Positions 11,496 to 25,000 of a DNA stretch of 64,000 bases are shown here, piece after piece. The notes beneath the pieces were generated by a model. It saw nothing but the letters and a program-made list of their open reading frames with translations, was not told where the DNA came from and did not search any database. Position numbers and translations under genes: made by a program. The DNA lies in the NCBI GenBank assembly GCA_047495785.1, contig JBLDXI010000042.1:3906001-3970000 (forward strand), read 5' to 3'. The DNA comes from Lepidodermella squamata. Taxonomy: Eukaryota; Animalia; Gastrotricha. The stretch's first letter is position 1. Each line of letters starts with the position of its first letter.

Positions 11496-14400
11496 ATGCC
11501 GATTCGCAAACAAGGTTAGTGAGAAATTGCACCGTATTTTTCACGATAATGACGTTTTCTGCTTTATTTAGATGCGCACAAGGCGCTGGAATTGTTGGAA
11601 GAATATCACCGCCGTTTAAATGACCCGCAACAGAAGGCTTTGAAACTCGCGATTGAGCGGGTGATTAAGATATTCAAAAGCCGCCTGTTTCAAGCGCTGG
11701 TCGACATTCAGGAATACTATGAACACACTCTACTGGACGAGTCGAAAAACATCGACCAAAAAACGAACGAAACGATGACGGTGGTTTCGAAATGGGAGCG
11801 TGGTCCGATGGGCGCTAGTGCCCGGGCTGCCGCAGCTCATCAACAGCAAGTTGCCGCTCAAAAACCCGAAAAACCAGCCGGGGATAAGGAAAACGTTCGA
11901 CCACCTCTCGGAGATTCTAGTGCGAATGCCGCGCCTAGGGCGACCAGTCCAACAGTTTCAGCCGCCCTTAGCCCGTCAATCGCCGTGCAGGACCGGGTTG
12001 ACGATTTAGACGGCGAGTTACCAAGCCCCGGGGCCTTGATACCACCCCCAGGCGATTGGGTCTATGAGGAAGTAACGGTCGATAGAACAGCGGCTGGTTT
12101 AGGGTTCTCAATCGCCGGCGGAACTGATAACCCGCATGTTGAGGACGACCCGGGTATTTTTATCACCCGGATAATACCAGGCGGGGCGTCGGCGGCGACT
12201 GGCCATTTATTCCTGAATGACGTCATCGTCTCAGTTAACGGGGTCGATATTTCTGCTGTATCGCATGCTCAGGCCGTTGAAGTGTTGAAAACGGCCGGCA
12301 ATCACGTGACCCTGGTCGTGCGGCGGTTACGCCCGATGCCACCCCCTGAGACCCTGGTTCGCATTGAACTCGTCAAAGGATCGCGCGGTTTAGGGTTTTC
12401 AATCGCCGGCGGTCGGGGTAACCAGCACGTTGTCGGCGATGATTCGATCTACATCACCCGGGTGATTGACGGGGGCGCCGCGGCCCAGGATGGCAGGTTA
12501 GCTGTTGGCGACCGGCTCTTAGCCGTCAATGACATGGACCTGAGTTCAGTGACGCATGACGAGGCGGTTAATATTTTGAAGAGTATTCAAGACCGCGTGG
12601 TGTTGATTGTTGCGAAACCGGCCGTTCAAGTGCCGGAGCCACCAACCCCGCAACCGACCTCGCCCGTGCCGCCTCAACAACTTAGCCCGACTGGTACGCC
12701 GAGGACGCCGCAAATTGCAGCGGTTTCATCGCCTAGGTACCAGAGTACGCCGCCGAAAGCCTCGCCGGCCGTCAACCCAAATGCGGATCCGTCGGTGCCG
12801 CGTGAAACGCGGACGGTTTTCTTGAAGAAATCAGCGACCGGATTTGGGTTCAATATTGTGGGCGGAGAGCATATTGGATCAGGGATTTTCATCTCATTCA
12901 TTTTACAAGGTTTGTGATTCTTGTTTATTAATTTTAAAATATCTTATTTTCATAAAATTTAATGCTAAAAATTCGGAATTTTGCGCCTTTTAATTCTTCC
13001 GATTTGAATCGTTCAAATTTCGAATTGAAATTGTTAAAGAGGAATTTTTATTTATTTCAGAAAAATAAATAAATAAATTTCTTTACTAAAATGTGGGTTC
13101 TGGGACTAAATTTAAGCGCTTTTGTGCTAAAATTTTGGTGGTTTTGAGGAAATGAAGTTGGCAGATGATAATTTTTACATTTTTATTTAGGCGGCGCTGC
13201 TGATTTACAAGGTGAACTGCGGCGTGGCGACCGTATAATTTCGGTAAACGGCAACGATTTGCGAACCGCCACGCACGAAGAAGCCGCTGCCGTGCTGAAA
13301 TCATGCCTCGACTCGGCGAACATCGTTGTAGCCTACTGCCCGGACGACTACGAGCTATTCGAGCAGAAAATGCGAGCTGAAAACAGCGCTTTAGACTCGT
13401 CGAGCAGCGCCAATAACGGCGGTCCGATCAGCCCGAACGTGCCCATTGTCGCTGGTGGGGGTGACGTGATTATCCCCACGCAACCGACCCCGATCGCTGC
13501 TATGCAGACATCGATTGTTTCAACGGGCCCAGCTCCGCCAATGTCTACGTCGAGCCAGTCGGGCGGTGGTACGCTGAAAGCGGCGCAGAAACGGGAGTTC
13601 TACGTCCGGGCGTTGTTTGAGTACGACCCGGCTCGGGACAGCGGGCTACCGGGTAAAGGCCTCGCGTTTCGTCACGGCGATGTGCTTCATGTTACAAACG
13701 CCGCTGATGAAGAGTGGTGGCAGGCGAGACGGGTTAACCCGGACGGGTCTGAGGAGGGCTTGGGTATCATCCCGTCGAAGCGGCGTGTTGAAAAGCGTGA
13801 GAGGACGCGTATGAAGAACGTTAAATTTCGTCCGAAAACGGGCGATCAATCGCAAACTGCTGTTGCCGGATCGCAGGCGCCGGGCGGTAAGAACGGCAAG
13901 GCCGGTGGTGGTAAGGGCCTGGGCCGGTTTTTCGGTAAAAAATCGAAGGATGACGGGTTGGATGGCGATGCCGTCGAGGCGGAAATCGACTCGGGCGGCG
14001 AAGGTGCGATGACGAACAAGGGCGCGGCTGCTGAGGAGAAATGTCTATCGTACGAGCTCGTTGCTCAGCATCGCGTCGACTACGCCCGGCCTATCGTTAT
14101 TTTGGGCCCGCTTAAAGGTTAGCAAATTTTTATTTTATCCCCAGTTTTTCCAGTTTATCCATTAATATTAAAAAGTTTAATTAAATTTTCAAATAATTAT
14201 TTCTTAAATTGGAGACATTTTTTGAATTTTTCAATCCTACGCAAATACGATGCTCATTGTCGATTTTTATATTTTATCGTGACAATAGGCTCAACATGGA
14301 TTAATTTGGTCGTTCTAGTTTCCAAAAATCGAGTTGAAAATTAGCGCGACTATTTTTTCCTAAAATTTCGACATTTTTGCAAAATGTATAGCTAACTAGC

Positions 14401-17400
14401 TTAGCCTAACCCCTAGCGGTAGGCTTAAGACAACAAACGCTGAAAACCACAGCGTAACACGATATACCAAAGTGCAGCAGGAAATAAATAAGCGTAACAC
14501 GCGCATCATTATTTACACAGCGCGCAACATGATTTCACCCAAGTGCAACACAAATTAACCGGAGCGCAGCACAGCCATTTATTTCCTAGAAATATCATTT
14601 TCAACAATAATAAGACAAACTCAGTCGAAATTTCTAAAAATTTCGGCAAACACCAAGGGCGCCACCTTAATCGGAGCCGGAGTTCGTTGGAGAGCGTTCG
14701 CCGCCTTCGACTGCCTACCCCGCTTACGCTTGCCTTCAACAACGGTCATTAGCTTAGCTGCATTAGTAGGAATCCGACGGCGGCCCGAATCAATCTCGAA
14801 GCCGAGCGAATGGCAACAGTGATATTTCAACAGTGATTCAACAAAAAAGTGCAATTATTGCCCCTGCATTTTTTCGGGTCAAGTGGTTGTATTGATAATG
14901 CCTGCCCGGCCGCCTTTCTTGTAACCCGTCTTACAAGCACAGCCAGGCTCGACGCTACCGTTTACGACCGGCAGAGCTACCCCCACCCCTCCCCCATGAC
15001 GCCGTCGATAAAGTCGATGAGGGCTTCGGCAGCTTCGTGGCAAGTCCAACGGCATCGCCTCCACTGGTGCCAAAGCGGGCGCCGCCTTGGACTGCCAGAC
15101 TTCGACGACGGTCATTTTCCGGCCAATGTAATCGGTCCGGAAATTTGAAACGAGCCCATTCTACCCTTATTCTACGTCGTCCAAAGTATGCCAGTCATAA
15201 ATTCGGTAACGGGCAGAAATGATGGACACCGGGCACGCTTCATCTAATTATTGAGCAATTTGGCCGCCTTACAAGACTTCAAAGACACGCCGCTGCGATC
15301 ACAGGTAATGACCGTGTGCGCCCAGCATGTTGCGTCCCTGTGTAAACAAAGACGGATTAAGGTGGACTTAATGTCGACATCGAGTGGTTGAAGTGGATAA
15401 ACCCACACGAAACCACTCTTAATAGCTCTACAGCTGTTGAGTGGAATTTCCGGATCCGGTCGATCACACCGAGAATAAGAAGGGGTAATTGCTGATAATT
15501 GCAGGCGGCATCCACGTGTAAGGTCTAGCTCAACCGTACATATATTTTGGCAGTGTCGTCGACGGCCACCTTTATTTCGACATCAATATAAATAACCACT
15601 ACATCAGCACCCCCGGCGGAGAGGGGATATTTTTCATTGACCCAAATTAAGCCCAAACTACATAGATGCGAGCGAAGCGAGCTTTTAGCTGACGGCAATT
15701 TTTTGATGAAAAGTCTGAAAATCGTTAATGAAAACCATGGCGGTAGCAAATATTGCCAGCCAAAATGTTTTTTAAGCGGTTCAAATGCCTGTTACAAAAT
15801 TGTAAAAATCGTGTTTCGGGTTGGTTAATTCCTGCTGCACTTTGGTTGAATACGGTTGCGTTTAAAATATTTATGTTGCAAGTCAAGCGCGCGTGCGCCA
15901 CCTTGTGCACTCACGCTGCATGCGCATTATTTGCGTTGCGTAATCGCTGCTGCAAGCGGTGTATTCCTGTGACGCTTGGTGGTGAGCCGACAACAAATAT
16001 TCAAAAAAAAATAAAAAGGTCAAAATATACCACAAACGTGTAAACATTCGTATGTAAAATTGGAATATTGTAAAAAAAAATATTAAAATTCGCTAGACTG
16101 GGTATGAAAATTGTAAGCTCTTGTGTTATTTTTCAATTTTTTTAACCTTTCAAATATAATTTGCATTACCAAAATCATCAGGTTTTCGGTTTTATCGAAT
16201 TTTGACGTTTTTCATAGCCATAATTTTCTACAAATTTTGCTCATTTTCTCATTTCTTTTTCTCAAAAATCGCTTTTTAGACATTTTAGGGGCCCATAATT
16301 GGCCAACTGGGATAGCATTGCATTCTCCCGTATTTTGTCATTCATGATGCGGAAAAACAAATTTGGCGTAGCGTCCACCGCTCATTTATTTTAGGCTAGC
16401 TTTACCAGCAATGATTCGTATCGATTTTTGATTATCGGCCATATCATTCATTCACTCGGCCGTTGTTGTTATTATTACGCGATTAGATTTGCATACTATG
16501 CCGTTGAAACTAGCATCATAGCTGATCTATGAATTGTGTTCTTTATTTGCAGATCGCATCAATGACGATCTCATCTCGGAGTTTCCTGACCGCTTCGCAT
16601 CGGCCGTGCCGCACACGACGCGACCGAAGCGCGACAACGAAGTTGACGGGCGCGACTACTACTTTGTGTCTCGCGATCAGATGGAACGCGACATCCAGGA
16701 GCACCTGTTCATCGAAGCCGGGCAGTACAATGACAATTTGTACGGCACGAGTGTTACGGCGGTTCGTGAACTGGCTGAGCGCGGCAAACACTGTGTGCTC
16801 GATGTCTCTGGCAATGCGATTCGTCGCCTGCAGGCCAATGGGCTGTACCCGATTGCCATTCTGCTGCGGCCTGTTTCATTGGAACAAATTCGAGAATGGA
16901 ACAAGCGCTTGACTGATGAACAGGTGCGCTATTAGTTCCTCAAAAAATATATAGAAAAATTCTGTCATTTCGATAAATTGAAAAGAAAAACTGCTGAAAA
17001 TTGAGTAAAAAGATGAAAAATTAATCAAATATATTTGAATTATAGTCAAAGCTCAACTCAAAATACTTAGGTGGTTCAGAATCTCTTAAAGAAACCAAAT
17101 TTTAAAATTTCGCTCCAAGATGTGACATTTACGAATAATTTCAAATTAATTAACAGGCCTTTCGCAGAAATGCTAGCAGAATTTTATGGCTAATTATTTT
17201 GATTTTTATTGCAGTATAATCATTTAAATGGCATCTTTGGCAAATGAGATATCTAAAATATGGTTCCGCAACTGTCAAATTGGGATATGTAAACTTGTGA
17301 TGGATTTTCCGCAAATTTTTACTGCCCATTACCAAAAAAATTGGCATTTAATTCTCAATAATTTATTTTTGGGAAAGACCACAAGTGACCAATTCTTGTG

Positions 17401-17763
17401 TTTTCGAGAGCATTTTCGAGATTTGTTGAAATCCAACCTCGATGTGACCCTGAACATTTTCATTCGGCATTGAAACTTTGAAACCATATTTTCAAATTAG
17501 GGGGAATCAGAAAATGTCTGAACTCCGATCATGAATAATTTTTCGTTTGCTTTTCCATGTCAAATCATAATTTAATTGATTTTTTCTAGGTGCAAAAGCT
17601 GTTTGATCGAACGGCGAAACTGGAGAACGATTTTGGCGAATATTTCACCGCCGTGGTTCAAGCATCGCAAGCGTCGATCGACGACATCTACAACCGTGTC
17701 AAGGACGTGATCGCCCAACAAAGCGGTCCCATTGTGTGGGTCGCCACCAAAGAAAAGCTTTGA
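11496..17763 (+). CDS. DLG1: Discs large MAGUK: L27-PDZ1-PDZ2-PDZ3-SH3-GK (exons 11496-11514, 11572-12909, 13191-14117, 16553-16923, 17591-17763)
   Basis: [19 protein letters not shown]27 start; GLGFSIAGG twice and [12 protein letters not shown] loops; [18 protein letters not shown]3; [35 protein letters not shown] guanylate kinase domain; all introns GT-AG and in phase. Confidence 0.97.
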
Positions 17764-19198
17764 GATGATAAACTTGCTTATCCCAAACACTTCTCGGCCA
17801 AAAACAAATCGAAAAATTGCACAATATTTGTTTTGTTTTCATATTCTTGTTTCATTTTTTCATTATCATTCTTATTGCTAAATAAGTTGAGAAATATTCT
17901 TCCTCGTAAAAAAAATCAATTCGGGAATTTTATGGCTATAATTAATTTTACGCGTAGTTTTGTTTTGTTACGAAAAGTGCTTAAAGCTCATTTTTCATTT
18001 GTTATTAAATGGTGTCTTTTTCATCATCTTCGAACTATGCATGCAGAAGATGACTATGTCCACATTGTTGCTTCCATGAGAAGAATTTTATTGCTGCTAT
18101 ACGAAAAACTACCCTTGTTGAGCTTGCTTTTGAGTCTTTTTCTCAGTAACCTATTTTATCGAATTTTTCCTGAATTACCGTTATAATTGGCTTCTATGCA
18201 CGTTGGTACTGTGTACAAATCTATCGACAATAATTGCCTTATTAGAAAATATTTCAGGATTGATGATGATAATAATAATATTTTATTCGTTTTTGTTATT
18301 TCGAACTCGAGTCACTTGAAAACGTGTTGTGAAATTTCATGAGGCAAAAAAATTATACTTAGTTTCTAAACAATTCGACACAGAACGTGCTCCTCTGTGT
18401 TTATTCTCTCTCTCCTCAATTTTGTATTGTAACTGCGTTGTTTTTGTTTCGTTGGTTCGACGCAATTTTTACCTGCTGTGTACCATATATAAATATATTA
18501 CCTATCGACGACGCGGAAAAAACATGGAATTTTTTTTCAAGCTTTTAAAATCAACGCTATTCGAGTACACTTTTCGTCCTGATGAAGATAGGTAATGAAG
18601 AGATAAGCGATGTTTATTACACCATTAACACGTTGTTGTTGTACTCGGGAAAGGCTTGATGATAAATATAATAGTGGCTTTGTTGAAAGTGCCGCGTTGA
18701 TACTAACTTTTTAAACTGCGACTCATCAGCTTATCTTCACGAGTTTTATTCAACGCACAACGACTGGGCTTTTTACGCGCACGAAATGATGATATAATGA
18801 ATAATAACAATGCTATGATAATTAATATCGAGGAAACAATAAATAAAAAGTATACCTCAATATTCGACAATTTTCCGCGTTTTTTCGCACCTTGAAATGA
18901 TTTTTTCGGGTCAGATTTGCCGAGGTTCATGCTGCGAGATTTTCATTTATTTTCCCGGCTTTGTTTGTTGTTTTTCGCCGAGGAATGGCGTGAAACGGGT
19001 ACACCTACGGCCCTTTATGAGTTATCACACTGCTATGATATCTCGAGCTAGAGAGCCGGTGCTAATTTTCCGGACAAACAACTGAGCTGCCACGAGATAG
19101 CCAAGTTCAGCGTTCACTGTACTTTCCCAATTTCCGACTGAGTGGCTGAGTGCGTCTTTTATCGAAGAAGATACAAGCAGATTTGTTTTTAAATGTTC

Positions 19199-19316
19199 GC
19201 TTCTCGTCGAAGGAGAAGCCCAAGAAATCGCCCGAAGGCTCATTGAATGTTCCCACGCACGGAAATCTTTAGTAAAAGGCGAAAGATTTGTACGTTTTGC
19301 GCGGAAACCAGAGTAC
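19199..19316 (-). ncRNA. U5: U5 spliceosomal snRNA, copy 1
   Basis: Minus strand reads TACTCTGGTTTC...AAATCTTTCGCCTTTTACTAAAGATTTCCGTG, the invariant U5 loop I and stem, followed by an Sm-like site GATTTCTTGG and a 3' hairpin GCTTCTC/GAGAAGC. Confidence 0.93.
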
Positions 19317-19377
19317 CTAAACTAGTTCAGGATTCGGTCCCCTTTCTGACCTGTAACGAGAAATAAAAGTATAGTTA

Positions 19378-19392
19378 ATTTGCATATGCAAA
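19378..19392 (-). promoter_or_regulatory. Upstream element of U5 copy 1 (ATTTGCATATGCAAA, about -63 to -76)
   Basis: Same motif at identical spacing upstream of both U5 copies, while the flanking sequence diverges. Confidence 0.7.
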
Positions 19393-19868
19393 ATATAAAA
19401 ACATGAGTCATCAGCGTATTTTTAACTAGAGTTTTTTATTTTTTATCTCTATCATAGCTAGATCATCAGGATGTAGGATCAATAAGCCATGTATGTATTT
19501 TAGCGGTATGTTTTCTTTGAACAAGTTCTATCCAACTAGGGTTATCAATATGGGCATTAGGGGTCAGCGGGGTCAGTAATTTCGATAAAACTCTGCGTAT
19601 TTCCATTGTTTTAAAAACACTGCGTAATGATGATCAAAATTATTGGGAACTGACATCAGTTATTATAGATAACATTTATAATGCTGAATCTCGATGTTTG
19701 GTTATTCACGATCAAATTAAGAACAGGTGTAAGGTGTAAGGAAGGTTCTTATTTCTAACAGTTCAACCATTTATTGACAATCCATTCCAGCCTAATCAAG
19801 TGTCACTACGAGGAAATCGTACGACATTGCGCAGCATGCGGCATGTCATTTTGCGTTATTTGGCGCGC

Positions 19869-20090
19869 TCATAATTTGATCCAGTGCTCTGGTCCAGGGC
19901 AGTTCGGTCCATACAAGCAGGAATTGTGAAACGCAGCCTTTACGGGATCTTTCATGAGTTCAGCCTCCTCTTCCAATGTGACCATCCGTATACCGGTAGG
20001 CGTACATACACAGGTAAACACAATTGGTTTCGGGTTGTTAGGTGGCGATTGAACAGATTTCAGCGGCAGTGATTTTTCAGCCTTTGTCAT
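19869..20090 (-). CDS. Putative orphan 73-aa protein with four Cys
   Basis: Long pyrimidine tract and TTTTAG acceptor 13 nt upstream of the ATG; AATAAA about 95 nt after the stop (19770-19775); no recognised homology. Confidence 0.45.
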   Translation of the reverse strand: MTKAEKSLPLKSVQSPPNNPKPIVFTCVCTPTGIRMVTLEEEAELMKDPVKAAFHNSCLYGPNCPGPEHWIKL

Positions 20091-20867
20091 GATAACTTTT
20101 TAGCTAAAATTCGAGCTTATTGAATGAAAATGGAAAGAACAAAATGAAAAGATGAGACTAAGAATGAAATGAATCTCTTCGCACCTTTTGCGCACCGTTT
20201 CAAGTCGCACCTTAGCGAATGAGCGTCGTCATCATCATCATCATCATCGTTCCAGCCCAAGTCGTATTAGACCAAACCGTTGACACGCGTTAGGTGTAAC
20301 GTTTTTGGTGTCATTAAGGTAATAAAATGATTCACAGCAGATTTTTCGGCCAAACTGGCAACAACATTCATTGGAGATGGTTTTTCCACTGTCTCGAAAA
20401 GTTTGTCCGAGAGCCGTATCGCCTCAAATTGATACCCGGGCTTGTAATAACACAATAATAACAAAAGTAATAACAAAAGGAAAGCCCAAATTTCAAAAAA
20501 TGTGATACTAAGGCTGAGGGTTGGCTTATGCAATCTGAAATTCCTAAACCATACATGTATTCTCGAGAAACTCGTAGCTTGCGCCCAGCACCCCTGCGCC
20601 ACTTCCGGTCTGGACTCAAGGTGCAGTCTTCGTGCACTGTTTTACGCCGAACTTGCGCGCGGCCTCTGAGTCGTTTTTGTGCTCGGCAGATCCACGTACT
20701 CTGTTCCATTGACCAGCAAGGTGACCCTTGTGGGCTTATGTATCATGGGTTGTCGTTATGCTGGGCCACTATGTGGCCACACATGTGGCTGGTATTTGAG
20801 GCGATACGGTAATTTACTGCCCGCTCGGGCTGCTATTTCGTTTATGCGACATTGTTTTTTAATTTTC

Positions 20868-20985
20868 GCTTCTCTTCAAAGGAGAAGCCCAAGAAATCGC
20901 CCGAAGGCTCATTGAATGTTCCCACGCACGGAAATCTTTAGTAAAAGGCGAAAGATTTGTACGTTTTGCGCGGAAACCAGAGTAC
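20868..20985 (-). ncRNA. U5: U5 spliceosomal snRNA, copy 2
   Basis: Identical to copy 1 except in the loop of the 3' hairpin, whose stem is conserved. Confidence 0.93.
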
Positions 20986-21046
20986 CTAAATCAGTTCAGG
21001 ATTCAGTCCCCTTGCTGGTCTCTCACAGCACATAGAAACCTACTTC

Positions 21047-21061
21047 ATTTGCATATGCAAA
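21047..21061 (-). promoter_or_regulatory. Upstream element of U5 copy 2 (ATTTGCATATGCAAA)
   Basis: Same motif and spacing as for copy 1. Confidence 0.7.
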
Positions 21062-22041
21062 AATTATATAGTTAACCTTTAAAATTACTATTTTCTTGGT
21101 TTTTTTTTAAGATAAAATTCAACCTAAATTTCTTGATACTTATTTTATTTCTCTTCGCCGGGCTTAGGCTCAAACGTGTTCCACCGTGGTTCCACACCGA
21201 GATCTGCTACGTCGTGCTCTGACTCACGACTCACACGTTACTGTATCATCAAGGTGATCAATTGAAAATATCAAGGTCAGACTAAAGGTCGAAAGGCGGA
21301 AAAACATTCGCTTATTTTCAACTTAATGAGTAGATGGCGGAACAGAGATACGTTCCTTTCTCATTGATTTGTCTGACAAGATCGATTCCGCATCGAATTA
21401 TCATTGGATACCAATTTACTATTTCCAAAATCATAAGGTTGATATTTTACTTTTCGTACGTAAAATTGATGTATTTCACAGCACGTTTCTGCTGTCTGGT
21501 CTAATCTCAGCGGCCAACTTTCAAACGGGGAATCTGCTTCCTGAATCGGAGCAAAGAAAATTAAGAAAAAAACCCCAGATTTATCAACGATTTTCTCAAT
21601 TTATTATTTCTTTGATATTACAGCATTATTTTCATCATTTTTACGATAAGCGCTCAGAATATCTCGCATAATTAATAATGTCAAAATCGCGCCAACATCT
21701 GCCCGGCATTTCATTACAAAAACATCAAAAAAAGAAACAAAAAACAGGTATTTTTGTAATTTCATCATCAGCTATCAAATTATACCGACCGAGAATTAAT
21801 AAAAAAGAAACCAAGTCATCGCATCATCATAATCTGTTTAAAATCTGCATATTAATATTATTTTCAGCGAGGCAGTTCATTAATTAAAACAAAAAATTCA
21901 GCTAATTTTCCATGCATAGAGAGTAACCAGCAGAAAATTATCTCGGGGAAGAGAGCAGCACAACAAAAATCGATTTTTACAAATTAAAAAATCATTTACA
22001 CACAAAAATGAGCAGAAATATTTTTGTTGAGATTTATTTAT

Positions 22042-25000
22042 TCAAGCCATAGAATCAATTCGTTCGACACGTGCGAAAATTTTGCCGTCATACAACGGCA
22101 GCACCGCATCGTCATCGTTAACCTCCTCGTTGACACAACCGCCCGGAAATTCGTCCGTCGCATGCTTGAAATAGAACCGATACGGCCCGCGTTTCGTTAT
22201 CAACTGCTTGAATTGCCGCAGCGTCACATTTTTACCCGGCAGCTGGCTGCGGTACGGTATTTCTTCGTCCGAAAATTTGTACGCCACCGTCGTGTACTCG
22301 GCCGTGCCGCCGCACGTCGACGATCCGGTTTCAACCAACTCGTCGTTGTTCGATTTCTTCTTCCGATGCGACGACCGGTCCGAGTCACTCAGCGCCGCTG
22401 TTTGGCTGAATTGAGTCGTCGAAAATTGAGACGGAGGCGGCGGTGGCATGGTTGTAGTCGAATTGCCGTTGCTATCGTTATGCATCATCCAATTCAACAC
22501 TTTTTGTTTGGCCGTGGTCGAAAACGGGGGCAGCGATTTCGCCGACTCGGTATCAGCGATCGAAATACCCGAATCGAAATGGCCATTCGGGTCGATTAAA
22601 ATCTGCCGTTGCGCCATGAAATTTTGAGTCGGAACGGGCGGTAAGTTCGGTTTCAGCGCTGAATCGTAAGAAGAAATCGATAGAATTTCAGCGGCGTTCA
22701 ATTTCGTCGCCCGTAATTGCGGCCTCGCGCCGGGGGTTGAATTTCGATTCGCGCTCGCCGGAGTTGTAGTCGCGTGGAAAGACCGCGATATCGCGATGTT
22801 TGAGTCAGGGAAAAATAGCCCAGGCGACGCGTTTTGGTGGTGCTGTGACGACTGCGTGTGGTGATGCGACGCTGACATCATTTGAATAGCCATAGCCGGT
22901 GATTCGAGGCACAAGGTTTTGTCCCACACGCGGGACATGTGGTCTTCGAGGATGGACTGCGCATGCTCGTCGGCTGTATCTTCGTCTTGCTCTGTTGACG
23001 TTACTGATTGCACGAATTTAGCGAGGGATGAGGAAATTTTAGCCGATGAGCGTTTGTTGGCGCCGCCTAGCGATTGCGACATTGATTGACTCGTACTGCC
23101 GTTACAACCCGATGCCGATGTAGCGTCATCAGTACACTGAAAATAAGAAAATAAATTATAAATTTCACCGATCAATTTTAAATCAAATTTTCAGCTAATT
23201 TTTTCTGAGTTTTCTTCGAAAGGAATTATCTCTCATTTCTTTCAACTTCAGCGGGACCAAGTCTCAAAAAATGGGACTAAAGGCAAGAAAGGTATTTACC
23301 CATCCCATTTTTCAAAATCCCATTCATTAAAATTCCATCGTCATGTTATACCGAAAATCAGTGAGAATTTGGCAATTCATAATTGTTTTTGTTTGAATAT
23401 TCAACTTATTAACTAATCAAGAAATTCCTGAAATTGAAAGTATGGATTTTTGAGGGAATTATTTTATCGTTTCGCTTGCGGTCAAGTTGGGTGCCTCATA
23501 TTTGGTCCTTCAAAAATCTATTTTTTTATTGAATCCTTTAATATCTATTACGTATGGCAAAAAGAGCTAGTTTCATCATGGTCTACGTATACAAATTCAT
23601 CAATACTTGTATCCCTAATGATAATAGACATTCGGTTCATTTTTTCTTTGACGGTAGAATTATAGATGATTTAGTCATTTTCCTCAAATTTTATATTGGA
23701 TCTGGGATTTTTCGCATATTTCTGTATGTGGTTCTAGTAACGGTTTTTATTGAAAATTTGTTTCGAAAACTTACATCGTTATTAGCAGCACATTCGAGAA
23801 GGCACCGCTGCATTCGTTCTTCTTTTTCGCGTTCAATTTGAATTTTCTCGAGTTTCGCAATGAGAACTCGCGCGAATTCCTGCGGATTCTCCAGCGCCAA
23901 GTTACTCAACTTCGACGGCCTCTCACCACCACGCTGCAAGACAACAACAATTAAAATTTCATTAAAAACACTCATAACACGAGACGTCTCAATCAAGAGA
24001 TAAGTTGAATACAATTAAGATAAGAAATCTTACCGGGATGAAAGGTATACTCCGCAGCAGAGCGTCGTTGTTCTGCGGTAACTGGCCGTGGTAGGACGCG
24101 GAGAGCGCTCGCATCGACGACGACGAACCGCCGGCGAGGTTGAGCGGCGGCGGCGGTGGCGGCATGGCGCCGTAGCTCGCGTTCATGCGGGTCGCCAGCG
24201 ACGTCGAGCTGACGGGATGCGCCGCTGCGTCAGACAGCAACAGGTGTTGCGGGAATTTCCGCCTCTGGCCATTGCGCTGGTGCTGCCGGCGCTCGTGCAA
24301 ACGCTGGCGATAAGAACCCCTATGAATGAAAGCAAAAAAAATTATCAACAATTTCGAAAAAATACTATCACTCAAAATATTTAAGAAAATAATCGAGAGA
24401 AAGAAAAAATATAAAAGATTATACAAAATTGTATTAAATATATTATAATTTTAGAAAATTTTCAAAAATTATTCGGAAAATTTTAAATTTTAAATTTTTT
24501 TAGAAAATTTCAAAGAACTCAGAAAACGCCTCAAAGTTTAATTCGGAATTTTACTACATTTTTCCAAATTTTCTAATATTTTTAAATAAATATCTTTCGA
24601 TTAGTAGGTTCAGAATTCAGTAAATTTTGAAGCCCGCTTTTTCAATTCATGAACACGTCATTCAATACGATGTTTCACAAAGCTTTGCCAGTTCAATTTC
24701 ATATTTTTCTTTTAATTTTCAAGCATCTCTTCCGTTTTAATCTCATTATTCAATCTTTTGAGTTTGATCCAACTCGTGGGCGAACCGCGAGCGCTGACTT
24801 ATTTAGGCATTTTCAGTGTATTATAAATAAGTAACCGATTATTGTTATTGTTATCATTTCTCAGTTCTCATCAATGCGCTTTGTTGTTGCAGCGTTCAAG
24901 CCGCTCACGTTCACCACGCAGCAAGAGATATTCGCACGGGGCGCGCTTGGTAAGTAGGTAATAAAAACCCAAGCCGCAACAGCCGCGCGCGCGCCTAAAT

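Noticed and set aside
14400-15650. Overlapping short ORFs in Dlg intron 3 as a nested gene
   Set aside because: No recognisable domain or consistent exon structure; more likely a repeat remnant.
20530-20840. GC-rich block downstream of U5 copy 2 as another ncRNA (SRP, RNase P, U6)
   Set aside because: No diagnostic motifs recognised on either strand; an Rfam scan would be needed.
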